Source: Nitrospira sp.
Lineage (GTDB): Bacteria > Nitrospirota > Nitrospiria > Nitrospirales > Nitrospiraceae
Length of the DNA: 64,000 nucleotides
Direction: 5' to 3'
Assembly (NCBI GenBank): GCA_029865485.1
Contig: JAOUGT010000001.1
Coordinates: 603 to 64,602 of the forward strand
The translations under genes and the position numbers were made by a program. The notes under the pieces were generated by a model. The model saw only the letters and a program-made list of their open reading frames with translations, searched no databases and had not been told where the DNA came from. Numbering within the stretch: the stretch's first letter is position 1; every line of letters starts with the position of its first letter. This document shows, piece after piece, positions 47,059-57,804 of this stretch.

Positions 47059-48015
47059 ATGAAACATTGCTGCGTCATAGGTGGGGCAGGGTTTCTCGGC
47101 AGTCATGTTGTTGAGGCTCTGACTGCACGTGGGCGGCGAGTCACAGTCGTAGGAAGGAGCCCTTTCGCGCGGAACTCATTGCCTCCTGGAGTACGCTACA
47201 TTTCTGGGAACTACGGAGAAACACACTTCTTACTGGAGACTCTGAAAGGGGTTGATGAAATCATTAACCTTTCTTACTCAACCGTTCCTAGCACCAGCTT
47301 CGATGACCCTGTGCAAGACATACTTGCCAACTTGCCTGCAGCCGTCGGATTGTTTGACGCAGCCAGCTCACTCCGTATCAAGCGAGTCATTATAGTTTCA
47401 TCAGGCGGGACAGTATACGGCCCGGCACAAAAGATTCCGATCTTGGAGGAGCATCCGACCAATCCGATCTCCCCGTATGGGGTGACCAAGCTAGCGATAG
47501 AAAAATATGGGCAAATGTATATGAAGTTAAAGGACCTGCCCATTGTGACCGTACGACCTTCGAATGCCTTCGGCGAGCGACAGAAACCATTTGCAGGGCA
47601 AGGGTTTGTTGCAACTGCCATGGCATCAGTTTTGAGAAAGCAGGAGATATTTCTATATGGCCGCTCCGGAACAGTTCGCGATTACGTGCATGTGACGGAC
47701 GTGGCGACGGGCATCGTCGCAGCGCTGGATTCAGGCAAGCTGGGCGCAATATATAACATTGGAAGTGGTGAAGGTAGAAGCAACAGCGAGGTGCTGGATG
47801 CCATCCATCCTCTCGCTCAAGCAGCCGGACTTGAGCCGCGTGTCACAATCCTGCCTGCCCGTCAATTTGATGTTGAAGTCAATACTCTTGATAGCAGAAA
47901 ACTCTCGCAAGATACAGGCTGGAAAGCCAAGGTGCCCTTTCAGGTAGGAATTGAACGAACGTGGAATTGGTTTATGAACACTTTCCAACAAGAACGAATG
48001 CAGAAAGCTTCTTGA
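47059..48015 (+). CDS. NAD-dependent epimerase/dehydratase
   Basis: GGAGFLG, SSGGTVYG, YGVTK (YxxxK), RDYVHV.D. Confidence 0.93.
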   Translation: MKHCCVIGGAGFLGSHVVEALTARGRRVTVVGRSPFARNSLPPGVRYISGNYGETHFLLETLKGVDEIINLSYSTVPSTSFDDPVQDILANLPAAVGLFDAASSLRIKRVIIVSSGGTVYGPAQKIPILEEHPTNPISPYGVTKLAIEKYGQMYMKLKDLPIVTVRPSNAFGERQKPFAGQGFVATAMASVLRKQEIFLYGRSGTVRDYVHVTDVATGIVAALDSGKLGAIYNIGSGEGRSNSEVLDAIHPLAQAAGLEPRVTILPARQFDVEVNTLDSRKLSQDTGWKAKVPFQVGIERTWNWFMNTFQQERMQKAS

Positions 48016-48033
48016 GATCTTCAATGGAGCCGC

Positions 48034-49389
48034 ATGCGTATCCTGTTCGGCAGCGAGTTCTATTCACCAAGTGTGGGTGGTGTCCAGGAGGTCGTCAGAC
48101 AACTGGCCGAGAGGATGGTTCTGCGCGGGCATGACGTTACAGTCGCCACGACAGCATTGCCTAGCCGACAATCCGATACGCTCAACGGGGTCAAAATAAA
48201 AGGATTCAGAATCTCTGGAAACCTGGCGCATGGGATAAACGGGAAGGTCGCAGAATATCGTCGCTTTGTCGAGTCTCAAGCGTTTGACGTTATTCTAATT
48301 AAAGCCGCCCAGCAATGGACGTTTGACGCTTTATGGCCGGTGCTGGCAGACATTAGGGCAAGAAAAACATTTATCCCGTGTGGATTTTCCGGTTTGTATG
48401 AACCCGTATATGCTGACTATTTTGCCCGGTTACCGAACATTCTCCACCAATTTGATCATCTCATCTTCTACGCCTCGGACTATCGCGATATTAATTTTGC
48501 AAAAAGGCAGGGCATCACAAAGTATTCCATCATTCCAAATGGGGCAAGCGAGCTCGAGTTTTCAACGGAGCCTGACGCGTCGTTCAGACAACGACATGAC
48601 ATCGCTTCAGATGACCTGCTGTTCCTCACAGTTGGAAGCCTTGGCAAAATGAAAGGCCATCTCGATGTGGCGAAAGCGTTCTTGGCCGCGGATCTAGCCA
48701 ATCACCCAGCTACGCTCATTTTGAATGGGAATGAAGGAGAACATATAGCATTTACATCTCGACTGGAAGTCATGGCACGGAAGGCTAGGGAGTACCATCG
48801 CATGATGAATGACATCTATCGAACCGAGGGGATCCCGTCTGCCTGCAAATATGTTGTCCATGGCTTACTGAACAAGGCAGATGTGCGCCTGGGAAGATAT
48901 GCAGCGAGTAATTATGATGTCCATATCCCCACTTTTCGAGGGGAATTACAGAAGGTCATTGAGGATATCTATGCTCAAGGAGGAGGGAAGCGAGTATTGC
49001 TGACAGATTTTTCTCGCCCCGAACTGATACAGGCATATATGAATGCGGATCTTTTCGTCTTCGCATCTCACGTCGAGTATTCCCCGCTCGTTCTATTTGA
49101 GTCAGCTGCTGCCGGAACCCCTTTTTTGTCCGTCCCCGTCGGGAATGCTGCTGAGATTGCTGAGTGGACTGGCGCAGGCGTGATCTGTCCGGCACCTCAA
49201 GACGAGCGTGGGTATACCAAAGTAGACCCCAAACTGTTTGGAGAGCTATGGGCGCATCTTGCCAGCGACAGAATGCAACTTCGTCGGATGGGGCAAACTG
49301 GAAGACGGAATTGGGCGGAACGGTTTACATGGGAGAGCATTACGGACCGGTATGAAAGTATCTTTCGAAAGGTCATCACACATGCATAG
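48034..49389 (+). CDS. GT4 glycosyltransferase
   Basis: PSVGG, IPNG, KG, ADLFVFAS.VEYSPLVLFE.AAAG.P. Confidence 0.9.
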   Translation: MRILFGSEFYSPSVGGVQEVVRQLAERMVLRGHDVTVATTALPSRQSDTLNGVKIKGFRISGNLAHGINGKVAEYRRFVESQAFDVILIKAAQQWTFDALWPVLADIRARKTFIPCGFSGLYEPVYADYFARLPNILHQFDHLIFYASDYRDINFAKRQGITKYSIIPNGASELEFSTEPDASFRQRHDIASDDLLFLTVGSLGKMKGHLDVAKAFLAADLANHPATLILNGNEGEHIAFTSRLEVMARKAREYHRMMNDIYRTEGIPSACKYVVHGLLNKADVRLGRYAASNYDVHIPTFRGELQKVIEDIYAQGGGKRVLLTDFSRPELIQAYMNADLFVFASHVEYSPLVLFESAAAGTPFLSVPVGNAAEIAEWTGAGVICPAPQDERGYTKVDPKLFGELWAHLASDRMQLRRMGQTGRRNWAERFTWESITDRYESIFRKVITHA

Positions 49390-50095
49390 CCTTCGAAGGC
49401 TTTTGGGGTTCACGTCGGTTCCGTCAAAGAGAACAATGCGGGATCCTGCGTTGAATATCCTTTGCGATAAATTCGAGGTGGATAATTGGCTTGTATCGGA
49501 GTTCATTGTAGAGAGGTTAATCCCCATAGTCGGAGTGCATCCATTCCCGTTGAACGAAATGGTTCTGATGGTTTCGGCGGTGTGCAGGCTCAAACCCGAT
49601 CACATTTATGAATGGGGAACACATCTTGGAAAGTCAGCCAGAGTGTTCCATGAAACAGCAAAGCATTTTGGACTCAATGTGGACATTCACTCCGTGGATC
49701 TTCCGGACACAGTTCTCCATCAGGAACATCCCGGCAATCAACGAGGCATGTTGGCAAAAGGATTAGAACGCGTGCACTTGCATCAAGGCGATGGGCTTTC
49801 GGTGTGTCTCGATATCCATGCGTGCACGGCCAAGCCGTGCCAAGCGCTTGTATTTATTGACGGCGACCACAGCTATAACACTGTGAGGCGTGAATTGGAC
49901 GGCATAATGACCAGCATGCCGGAGGCGCACATATTGTTGCACGATACATTCTTTCAGTCTGCAGAGTCGGGGTATAACATTGGACCACATCAGGCAATTA
50001 TCGAAGCCCTCGCTGCTGCTCCCGATCGCTATCGGAGGATCTCAACTGAGACAGGATTGCCCGGAATGACCTTACTGTATCACTACGTGCACTAA
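49382..50095 (+). CDS. Class I SAM-dependent methyltransferase (Methyltransf_24-like)
   Basis: YEWGT.LGKS, SVD, FIDGDHSY, LLHDT. Confidence 0.85.
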   Translation: MHSLRRLLGFTSVPSKRTMRDPALNILCDKFEVDNWLVSEFIVERLIPIVGVHPFPLNEMVLMVSAVCRLKPDHIYEWGTHLGKSARVFHETAKHFGLNVDIHSVDLPDTVLHQEHPGNQRGMLAKGLERVHLHQGDGLSVCLDIHACTAKPCQALVFIDGDHSYNTVRRELDGIMTSMPEAHILLHDTFFQSAESGYNIGPHQAIIEALAAAPDRYRRISTETGLPGMTLLYHYVH

Positions 50096-50127
50096 AGGTA
50101 ATAGGTTGTGCGAGCAGTAGGATAATC

Positions 50128-51330
50128 ATGCGTATTCTGTATGCCGCAATGAAATATGACTATGGAAAGCCAGAACAAGGGTTCAGCTTCGAGCATTACA
50201 ACTTCTACCATTCTCTGCTTCACATGGGGCATGACATTCTGTACTTCGATTACATGACGCTTATGCAGCGGTATGGACGCGAGGGGATGAATCAGCGGTT
50301 GAAAGAAGTTGCTGCATTGGAAAAGCCGGATCTCTTGTTCACCGTCTTGTTTACCGATCAATTTGACCCCGTGGTACTTCGTGAATTGACCGACACGGCT
50401 CTTCCGACCCTGAATTGGTTTTGTGACGATCATTGGCGGTTTGATGACTACTCCCGCGAGTGGGCTCCCTGTTTCAGCTGGGTTGTAACTACTGCTGTGA
50501 GCGCTCTGCCAAAGTATGAAAAGATTGGTTATCACAATGTGATTAAGAGCCAATGGGCATGCAATCATTTCATGTATCGAAAAGCTGATGCGGCTCCTCG
50601 ATACGATGTCACGTTCGTCGGACAACCTCATGGAAATCGGCGACACGTCATTCGCGCGCTGAGAAAGGCGGGGATTCAGGTTCAGGCCTGGGGAAACGGC
50701 TGGGAGTCCGGTCGAATTTCCCAGGAGGAGATGATTAGGGTGTTTGGCTTGAGCCGTATTAATCTCAATTTATCCAATTCCTCTGTGCCAATCGGAGGGA
50801 ACATGAAAGAAAACTGCGGGACAGATGTCGCTCAGGGGCACGTATTCCGCTGTCGGGTGGCAAGAGTCTTGGACCGAGTTCCCTTTGGTGGGCAGGTGAA
50901 GGCGTGGGGAAAGGCGTTGAGGAGGTTATCAATCATCAGTGAAGGGAGTGTGACTAGAACGGCGGTTCTCGATCAGTCCGTTGGCACCTATGGGGAACAG
51001 ATCAAAGGGCGGAACTTTGAAATTCCTGGGTGCGGCGGGTTTCAACTGACGGGGAACGCCGATAATCTCGAGCAGTACTATCAGGACGGAAGAGAAGTGG
51101 TCATCTTCCACGACAACGACGAGTTGATCGACAAGATCCGCTTCTACCTCGCGCACGAGGAGGAGCGGAGTGTCATTGCGCAGGCTGGTCACGAGCGTAC
51201 ATTGCGTGAACATACCTATGCGCATCGTTTCAGAGATATATTCTCAACCATGGGCTTCTCCGGGATGGCATCCAAGCCGTCGGAGATTCGAATTGAGACA
51301 CAATTGGGCTCGACGGAAGAGGTGAGGTAA
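50128..51330 (+). CDS. CgeB-like glycosyltransferase
   Basis: NWFCDD.WR, DVTFVG, SRINLN, KGRNFEIPGCGG, EHTY.HR. Confidence 0.88.
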   Translation: MRILYAAMKYDYGKPEQGFSFEHYNFYHSLLHMGHDILYFDYMTLMQRYGREGMNQRLKEVAALEKPDLLFTVLFTDQFDPVVLRELTDTALPTLNWFCDDHWRFDDYSREWAPCFSWVVTTAVSALPKYEKIGYHNVIKSQWACNHFMYRKADAAPRYDVTFVGQPHGNRRHVIRALRKAGIQVQAWGNGWESGRISQEEMIRVFGLSRINLNLSNSSVPIGGNMKENCGTDVAQGHVFRCRVARVLDRVPFGGQVKAWGKALRRLSIISEGSVTRTAVLDQSVGTYGEQIKGRNFEIPGCGGFQLTGNADNLEQYYQDGREVVIFHDNDELIDKIRFYLAHEEERSVIAQAGHERTLREHTYAHRFRDIFSTMGFSGMASKPSEIRIETQLGSTEEVR

Positions 51331-52359
51331 GTGCGGTCGGCACCTCGCGTCAGCGTCATCATGGCGGTGCGAAATGGAGAACTCTATCTCGACGAAGCGA
51401 TCCGCAGCGTCCTGGACCAGACTTTTACAGACTTTGAATGCATCGTCGTCAATGATGGGTCAACGGATGGGACTGCCGCGATACTTGAGCGAAATGAGCG
51501 GCAAGATTCACGCATTCGTCTTCTCCAGTCTGATGGCAATGGCTTGGTTCATGCGCTGAATCAAGGCTGGCAATTAGCGAGGGGCGCCTATGTGGCCAGA
51601 ATGGATGCCGACGATGTGAGTCTCCCTGGCCGGTTTGCCGCTCAAGTCCGATTGATGGAAGAAAGGCCGGAAGTGGGGGTGTGCGGTGGTTGGATCGAAA
51701 CATTTGGAATGGGTGCAGGGGAAGTTCGCCGCTATCCAACGGACGCCGACGTGATTCGGAGTTGGCTCCTCTTCGAATCTGTTTTGGCACATCCCTCGGT
51801 CATGATCAGACGCGAACCGTTTGTAACTTGGGGATTGTTCTATGACGCAGCCATGCTGCATGCCGAAGATTATGACCTGTGGGTGCGGGCGTCGCAGTAC
51901 ACCGTGCTGGCAAACGTACCCGAAGTACTGGTGCGTTATCGGTTGCATCCGCAGCAGGTGGTTAGAAAGCACGAGATGACTAAACGGGAGACGGCTCGAC
52001 GCATTCGTCGGCGTCAGCTCGAGCGATTGGGGATTGTACCCACTGCCGATGAGGACTCTCTGCATGAGTCCATATCGAGCTGGGATTACGCGGAGTCACG
52101 TGAGTTTGTCTCTGCCGCACATGCGTGGCTGCTGAAGCTGGCCGAGGCAAACCGCATGACGGGTGTCTATCCTCGTGAGCCGTTCCAGCGCACTGTGGCG
52201 GAACGTTGGTGGACAATTTGCGCCGCATCGACACATCTCGGATTGTGGGCCCTCGCTGTGCTGCGACGTTCTCCCCTCTGGGATGATATGACGGTCAACT
52301 GGAAACAGCAATTGAAGTTTGGAGTTAAGTGCGGAATTCGAAAGAGGCAACATGCCTAA
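51331..52359 (+). CDS. GT2 glycosyltransferase
   Basis: VSVIM.VRNG, VNDGSTD, ARMDADD, EDYDLW. Confidence 0.92.
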   Translation: MRSAPRVSVIMAVRNGELYLDEAIRSVLDQTFTDFECIVVNDGSTDGTAAILERNERQDSRIRLLQSDGNGLVHALNQGWQLARGAYVARMDADDVSLPGRFAAQVRLMEERPEVGVCGGWIETFGMGAGEVRRYPTDADVIRSWLLFESVLAHPSVMIRREPFVTWGLFYDAAMLHAEDYDLWVRASQYTVLANVPEVLVRYRLHPQQVVRKHEMTKRETARRIRRRQLERLGIVPTADEDSLHESISSWDYAESREFVSAAHAWLLKLAEANRMTGVYPREPFQRTVAERWWTICAASTHLGLWALAVLRRSPLWDDMTVNWKQQLKFGVKCGIRKRQHA

Positions 52360-53563
52360 GCGAGTCGCTATCGTTTCAAGCTCATGTCCGCCCGCCGGAT
52401 CAGGGGGAGTGTCGAGCGCACAGTATAATCTCTACCGAGTGCTCAAACGGAACGGCTATGACGCAAAGATATTTACCTTTAACGATCACGGAGTTTCGTT
52501 GGTCGAAAAGGATGTCACACGACTCGGTGTGCCAAAGTGGTTTGAGCGAAGCATTGACCTGGTGACACGGTTGTATTTCCGGATCGTAGAGCCTGGCACA
52601 TTGGCCTACCATGTGTCTGAGATCCTCTCCTTCGCATGGCCCTGCGCACGGCTGCGGTCACGAATACGAGCCTTCCGACCCGAGGTGATGGTGTTGTCCG
52701 ATCATGGCTGTCCTGGCCTGATGATCGGGCGTCCGCCAGGCTGTCGAACCATCCTTGTGTCACACCACAATCCGACAAGGTTTCTAGGAAACCCGCTATG
52801 GAAGTTGCATTCGGAACGCGACAGCCGGATCGCCATCCTGTTCGAAAATCTCGTATTACGTCATGTCGACGCGGTGGTATGTCCCTCGGAATACATGCGC
52901 GATATGTTCAGGAAGACCTATCAGTATCCTGGTCTGGTCACGGTTGTTCCAAATCTGGTCGATACGGAGCTGATTGCAAACATCCCTGCGCATGACCTGC
53001 GATCTGAACTCGGCCTGCCGCAAGATGCGGTACTCATCTATATTCCCTCGGCGGGAAACGCCTACAAAGGATCCCGGTTTATGTTTGAAATCATTCGCAG
53101 GCTGGCGCAGCGAACACCCAAGGATATCGGGTTCTACCTCTCGGGGAGTATCGGCCAGGAGTTGGCGTATGAGCTCCGATTCGTTCCCTCGAATGCCAAG
53201 GTTCATGCCCCGGGTCAGGTGGGCTACGAGACCAATCTGGCGATCGTCAAGGCATGTTCGTTCGGCGTCTCGCCGACACTGGTGGAGAATTTCGGTATGG
53301 CGCTTCTCGAAGCGAATCTGTGTGGCGTGCCGATGGTCTCTTTTGACGTGGGAGGCAATGCCGAGGTAATCGGTCATGAGCTCAGTGGGATATTGGTTTC
53401 CTACCTGGATCTAGAGGCATTGATCGCGGGGGCGTTTCGGCTCATGGGTGAACGAGGCCGCGCTTCGATGCGGAGCGAAACTGAGCGTTATGCGATGAAC
53501 AAGTTCGGCGGACACGAGACGGGGTTGGCATTCATGCAGATCATGGACGGTGGTGTCGCATGA
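52352..53563 (+). CDS. GT4 glycosyltransferase
   Basis: SGG, PSEY, VPN, ENFGMALLEA..CG.P. Confidence 0.88.
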   Translation: MPKRVAIVSSSCPPAGSGGVSSAQYNLYRVLKRNGYDAKIFTFNDHGVSLVEKDVTRLGVPKWFERSIDLVTRLYFRIVEPGTLAYHVSEILSFAWPCARLRSRIRAFRPEVMVLSDHGCPGLMIGRPPGCRTILVSHHNPTRFLGNPLWKLHSERDSRIAILFENLVLRHVDAVVCPSEYMRDMFRKTYQYPGLVTVVPNLVDTELIANIPAHDLRSELGLPQDAVLIYIPSAGNAYKGSRFMFEIIRRLAQRTPKDIGFYLSGSIGQELAYELRFVPSNAKVHAPGQVGYETNLAIVKACSFGVSPTLVENFGMALLEANLCGVPMVSFDVGGNAEVIGHELSGILVSYLDLEALIAGAFRLMGERGRASMRSETERYAMNKFGGHETGLAFMQIMDGGVA

Positions 53564-54750
53564 GGTTCCTCATCCTCAATGCCGACTATCCGCTTTTTCT
53601 CGAGTGGCTCTACACCCGACACGCAGGGATGGAACTGCAGCCCTATGCGGAGCAGTTGCGTATGCGCTATGAGAGCCTCTTTGGAGTGGCCGACTTCTAT
53701 TCCGGCAACCTGCGTGCGCTCGGTCATGAGGCATCTGATCTCTACGTCAATAACCAAGCCCTCCAGCAGGCCTGGATGCGTGAGCAGTATGGGCCGACTG
53801 CGTGCGAGGTGCCAGATGATTCAAGGCCCACGCCGGTTGCGCGGTTACGGACAATAGCTGGGCGGACGCCCTTACGGCGGCTCAAACCCTTTCTGACGCG
53901 ATGGCTGGATCACCAGGCATCCCGTCAGCGGTCCTGGGGCGAACAAGTTTTAGTGAAGCAGATTAGGCATTACCGACCCGATGTTGTGCTGAACCAAGAC
54001 ATGTGCTGGGCTGGGGGGCAGTTTTGGCGTGAAATGAAACCGTACATCCGGCTGTTAGTCGGTCAGATCGCGTCACCTCTCCCTAAGGACGGGGACTTAG
54101 GAGCCTACGACCTCGTCGTGTCCTCCTTGCCGAATTTCGTGGATTATTTCAAACGACACGGTGTGAAGAGTGAGTTGCACCGGTTGGCGTTTGAGCCGCG
54201 CGTGTTGGAAATCGCGGCAAGTACAGCCGATGCCTGTGAGCCGATCGATCTCTCGTTCGTCGGAAGCCTGACCGCTGACCATCGAGCCCGTGTCCGTCTA
54301 TTGGAGACGTTGAGCGAACACGTGGGTATTCAGGTATGGGGGAGAGGAGTCGACAGCCTTTCGGCCTCGTCTCCACTGCATCAATGCTGGAAAGGTGAAG
54401 CGTGGGGCGTGGACATGTACCGCATGCTGGCGCGTTCCCGTATCACCATCAATCATCATATCGATGTGTCGGAAGGTTTCGCAAACAACATGCGGTTGTT
54501 CGAGGCCACGGGCGTGGGCAGCCTCCTTATGACGGACTGGAAAGCCAATCTCACCGACATGTTCGAGCCCGGCAAGGAGATCGTCGCGTACCGCCATCCA
54601 GAGGAATGCGTCCAGCTCGTGCGTCATTATCTTGCACATGAATCGGCGCGCGCAGCCGTGGCCCGAGCGGGACAGGAGCGTACACTGCGAGACCATACCT
54701 ATCTCAGTCGGATGACGGAGTTGGTGGAGATCGTGAAACGGTATCTCTAA
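53560..54750 (+). CDS. CgeB-like glycosyltransferase
   Basis: SFVG, WG, SRITIN.H, NMRLFEATGVG, DHTY..R. Confidence 0.88.
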   Translation: MRFLILNADYPLFLEWLYTRHAGMELQPYAEQLRMRYESLFGVADFYSGNLRALGHEASDLYVNNQALQQAWMREQYGPTACEVPDDSRPTPVARLRTIAGRTPLRRLKPFLTRWLDHQASRQRSWGEQVLVKQIRHYRPDVVLNQDMCWAGGQFWREMKPYIRLLVGQIASPLPKDGDLGAYDLVVSSLPNFVDYFKRHGVKSELHRLAFEPRVLEIAASTADACEPIDLSFVGSLTADHRARVRLLETLSEHVGIQVWGRGVDSLSASSPLHQCWKGEAWGVDMYRMLARSRITINHHIDVSEGFANNMRLFEATGVGSLLMTDWKANLTDMFEPGKEIVAYRHPEECVQLVRHYLAHESARAAVARAGQERTLRDHTYLSRMTELVEIVKRYL

Positions 54751-55626
54751 ATGTTGCTGAAGACATTGGCAAAACACGTGATGTCGTCTCGGACACGACA
54801 GATCATTCGCGCGTCCACGGTCGATGTAAGGAGCTGGTGGGAGCTGCGCCGTTCGGCGCAGCGGGAGCGGCAGATCCGGGCGATGCCTCCCGGCTCCCTC
54901 ATGCCGTTTCTCGGGTATCGAGTTCGCATCAATGATGGGCCGAATTTTGCCGTGCTGTATCACGACATCGTTGTTAGACAGATTTATGGTTTCCAGGCCA
55001 AACGGATGGATCCGGTCATTCTCGACTGCGGCAGTAACATCGGTGCGTCCATTCTCTATTTCAAATCTCGCTATCCGAATGCGCGTATCGTCGGATTCGA
55101 GCCGGATCCGGCTGTGTTGCAATATCTGCAGGAGAACCTCTCCAGGAATGACCTCACGGATGTGCGCATCGTCCAAGCGGCGGTGGGAGGTCGAGAGGGA
55201 ACCTTGACGTTCTATTCGGACGGAAAATACGGCAGCTGTCTGGCGCATCTCGCCGAAGGGGCAATTCCGGTCGGTTGGACGGCACATCCGGTGCCATGCG
55301 TCCGATTGCGCGATTATCTCGGAGAGCCAATCGACTTCATAAAGATGAACATTGAAGGGGCTGAATGGGAATCGCTGGCGGATTGCGGCGAGCGGTTGAG
55401 ACTGGTCCGTGAGATGGCGATCGAATATCATCATCTGCCGAGCCTTCCGAGAACGCTGCACAAGATTCTCAACCTCCTCGACGAGATGGGATTCGACTAT
55501 GTAGTCAGTGATTTCGATCTGGCCACGTACAGCGGCGCGAGACCACCGATTGTGTTAGATGAGAACACCGCCTACTTTCGTCAGATCTATGCAAAGCGAC
55601 GGGAGGATGGAAAGGCGGGTCTATGA
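54751..55626 (+). CDS. FkbM-family methyltransferase
   Basis: LDCGSNIG, FEPDP, IKMNIEGAE, EYH. Confidence 0.9.
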   Translation: MLLKTLAKHVMSSRTRQIIRASTVDVRSWWELRRSAQRERQIRAMPPGSLMPFLGYRVRINDGPNFAVLYHDIVVRQIYGFQAKRMDPVILDCGSNIGASILYFKSRYPNARIVGFEPDPAVLQYLQENLSRNDLTDVRIVQAAVGGREGTLTFYSDGKYGSCLAHLAEGAIPVGWTAHPVPCVRLRDYLGEPIDFIKMNIEGAEWESLADCGERLRLVREMAIEYHHLPSLPRTLHKILNLLDEMGFDYVVSDFDLATYSGARPPIVLDENTAYFRQIYAKRREDGKAGL

Positions 55627-56390
55627 CGGACCGTGTCATGCCGAATCAGCGTGAGACTGCCGACCATCAAGAGAAGAGCAATGCCGCCTTTGCATCGGAC
55701 GAAGTGGCCGAGTGCTCATGGTACCGCACCTACGATCTTCGCTATGAAGAGGATATCGTCATGGGTGCCTTTAACAAGGGCAGGAGGGTGTTGGACCTCG
55801 GTTGTGGTTACGGGCGCACGACGGTAGCGCTGCGGAATCTTGGATTTGATGTCGTCGGAGCCGACATCGTTCCCAGAATGATCGAAGGGGCCCGTGCCGC
55901 CTATCCAGACATCGAGTATCAGGTGATGGATGCCTGTGCACTGAACTGTGCTGATCGATCGTTCGATTACGTATTGTTTTCCTTCAACGGAATCGACTGT
56001 ATCCTGCCGGAGCCTCGCCGCCTACTGGCGATGAAAGAGATTCTCAGGGTGCTCAAACCAGGGGGCCGAGTTATCCTGTCGTCTCACAGCTGGCTTCCTT
56101 ATCTCTTGTACCCTCGCCACTGGGCTAGTGGACGGTTTCTCTCTCTGTACCGCAGCGGTTCGCTGAGGCGGCGCTGGTACCAGGCAGGAGTCGAGAACGT
56201 CGGGTTCGATTGCTACATTAGTACGCCGTTTCGGACCGTGCGCCAGTTGAAATCCGTCGGATTTCAGAATGTGCGGATTGTTGCAGGCCGTTGCAAGACG
56301 CTTCGGGCTATCGGCAGACTGCCCTTGATGATAATGTGGCGGGATCTCTGGCCGCACTTCCTGGCGGACAGACCATTGGATTCTCAATGA
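55623..56390 (+). CDS. Class I SAM-dependent methyltransferase
   Basis: VLDLGCGYG, GAD, SFD, RVLKPGG. Confidence 0.9.
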   Translation: MTDRVMPNQRETADHQEKSNAAFASDEVAECSWYRTYDLRYEEDIVMGAFNKGRRVLDLGCGYGRTTVALRNLGFDVVGADIVPRMIEGARAAYPDIEYQVMDACALNCADRSFDYVLFSFNGIDCILPEPRRLLAMKEILRVLKPGGRVILSSHSWLPYLLYPRHWASGRFLSLYRSGSLRRRWYQAGVENVGFDCYISTPFRTVRQLKSVGFQNVRIVAGRCKTLRAIGRLPLMIMWRDLWPHFLADRPLDSQ

Positions 56391-57544
56391 AGGTCGACTG
56401 CGAGCGAGCTATGTCCACGATCGTGGATGCAGAGACGAAACCGTCTGGAGCGGCCCCTCCTGACCTCCCGTGGAGCAGGTTGCCGCCCGGGGCGATGATG
56501 GAACTCGATCTGACCGAGATTGAAGAGAGTGCGATCTCGCATCTCAAGACCGCGTCGAGTAGCTGGCTCAGTTCGTTTGGCTTCGCGACACTCTATGCCC
56601 AACCGCCAGCGACCCACGCGTGGATCAGACTAGGCGAACAAGCGCAGATCAAGAAGGTGTGTTTTTTCTTTGAACAGCAATGGAAATGGCGATTGAAACG
56701 TGTCCATGTTTTCGGCCCGACCGACATGACTCCAGACGAGATCATGGGGCTCTTACGGAAACGACATGCATCGTTTGCGACCATCAGCTGTACGGCTGTT
56801 GATGACATGGCACGGTGGAACGGTCCGTGGCATCACCGGTCGTGGCGGCCTGTCAATGAGGACATCATCGTGGATCTCCCAGGGTCGGAGTCCGAGTACT
56901 TGTGTTCCTTGGGGCGGAATGCGCAAACGCAACTGCCCTATTATCTGAAGAAGCTCCAGAAGGAACTCGGATCCAAGTATGCCGTTATCAGTCTGACCGG
57001 GCCGCAAATACCCTCGGCTACCTTTCAGGAATTGGTCGAACTGAATCGAGCGAGGATCGTACGAAAGGGTGTCTCGCACCTGTGGGAGGCGCAGCATGTC
57101 CGGAACCGATTGGAACTGGCTCGGACTTGCGGGCTGTTCTGCGGGATACGACGTGGTGACGAGCTCCTCGCTGGAACTGTCTCCTACCTGCATGGGAATG
57201 AAGCCTATTTCGTTTTGATCGGCCATCGCACCGACTTTGACCGACTGCGCCTCGGAAAATTAGCCTTGTGGCTGACGATTCAGCGGCTGATCCAACTTGG
57301 GTTCCGGCGATACCATCTGCTCTGGGGGATGTCTTCCTACAAGCTTCAGCTGGGCGGTCGGCCCCATCGGCTCATGGAGGTAGCAGTCTTCGGTGATGCA
57401 TGGGCTGCGGGATTGTGGAGAGCGGAACGTGGGGCGGAGTGTATCCGTAACATTACACAGCGGGTGGCCAGGATTCCATTCTCAGTGGGTCGCAAGTTGA
57501 GCGCAGTGTTGCGACCTTCCACGGCATCATCACATAGTCTCTGA
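56387..57544 (+). CDS. GNAT-fold acyltransferase (CelD/BcsL, Acetyltransf_6-like)
   Basis: VDLPGS..EY..SLG, LG.L.L...I......G...Y, YK..LGG pattern. Confidence 0.72.
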   Translation: MKVDCERAMSTIVDAETKPSGAAPPDLPWSRLPPGAMMELDLTEIEESAISHLKTASSSWLSSFGFATLYAQPPATHAWIRLGEQAQIKKVCFFFEQQWKWRLKRVHVFGPTDMTPDEIMGLLRKRHASFATISCTAVDDMARWNGPWHHRSWRPVNEDIIVDLPGSESEYLCSLGRNAQTQLPYYLKKLQKELGSKYAVISLTGPQIPSATFQELVELNRARIVRKGVSHLWEAQHVRNRLELARTCGLFCGIRRGDELLAGTVSYLHGNEAYFVLIGHRTDFDRLRLGKLALWLTIQRLIQLGFRRYHLLWGMSSYKLQLGGRPHRLMEVAVFGDAWAAGLWRAERGAECIRNITQRVARIPFSVGRKLSAVLRPSTASSHSL

Positions 57545-57804
57545 GCTGTCCTCGATTGGCCGATGTGCGGTAAAGGGTTTGTCGAATCTCGATAGCCCTT
57601 GACCTACGGGTGATTTCGTCGGATCTTGGAACTATCCGAGCCATCGAAGCGAGGCTGTGGCTATCTGTGTCAGGAGGCGAGACATCGTTCGGACAGGATT
57701 AAATTGCGGTCCGGCCTCTCCCTTAATCTCTTCTGGAGCCTCAGCTAGCGATCGTCAGCGGGAATCTTCCCCATGAATTCTTCGCAGGAGGCCAAATTGA
57801 GGTC

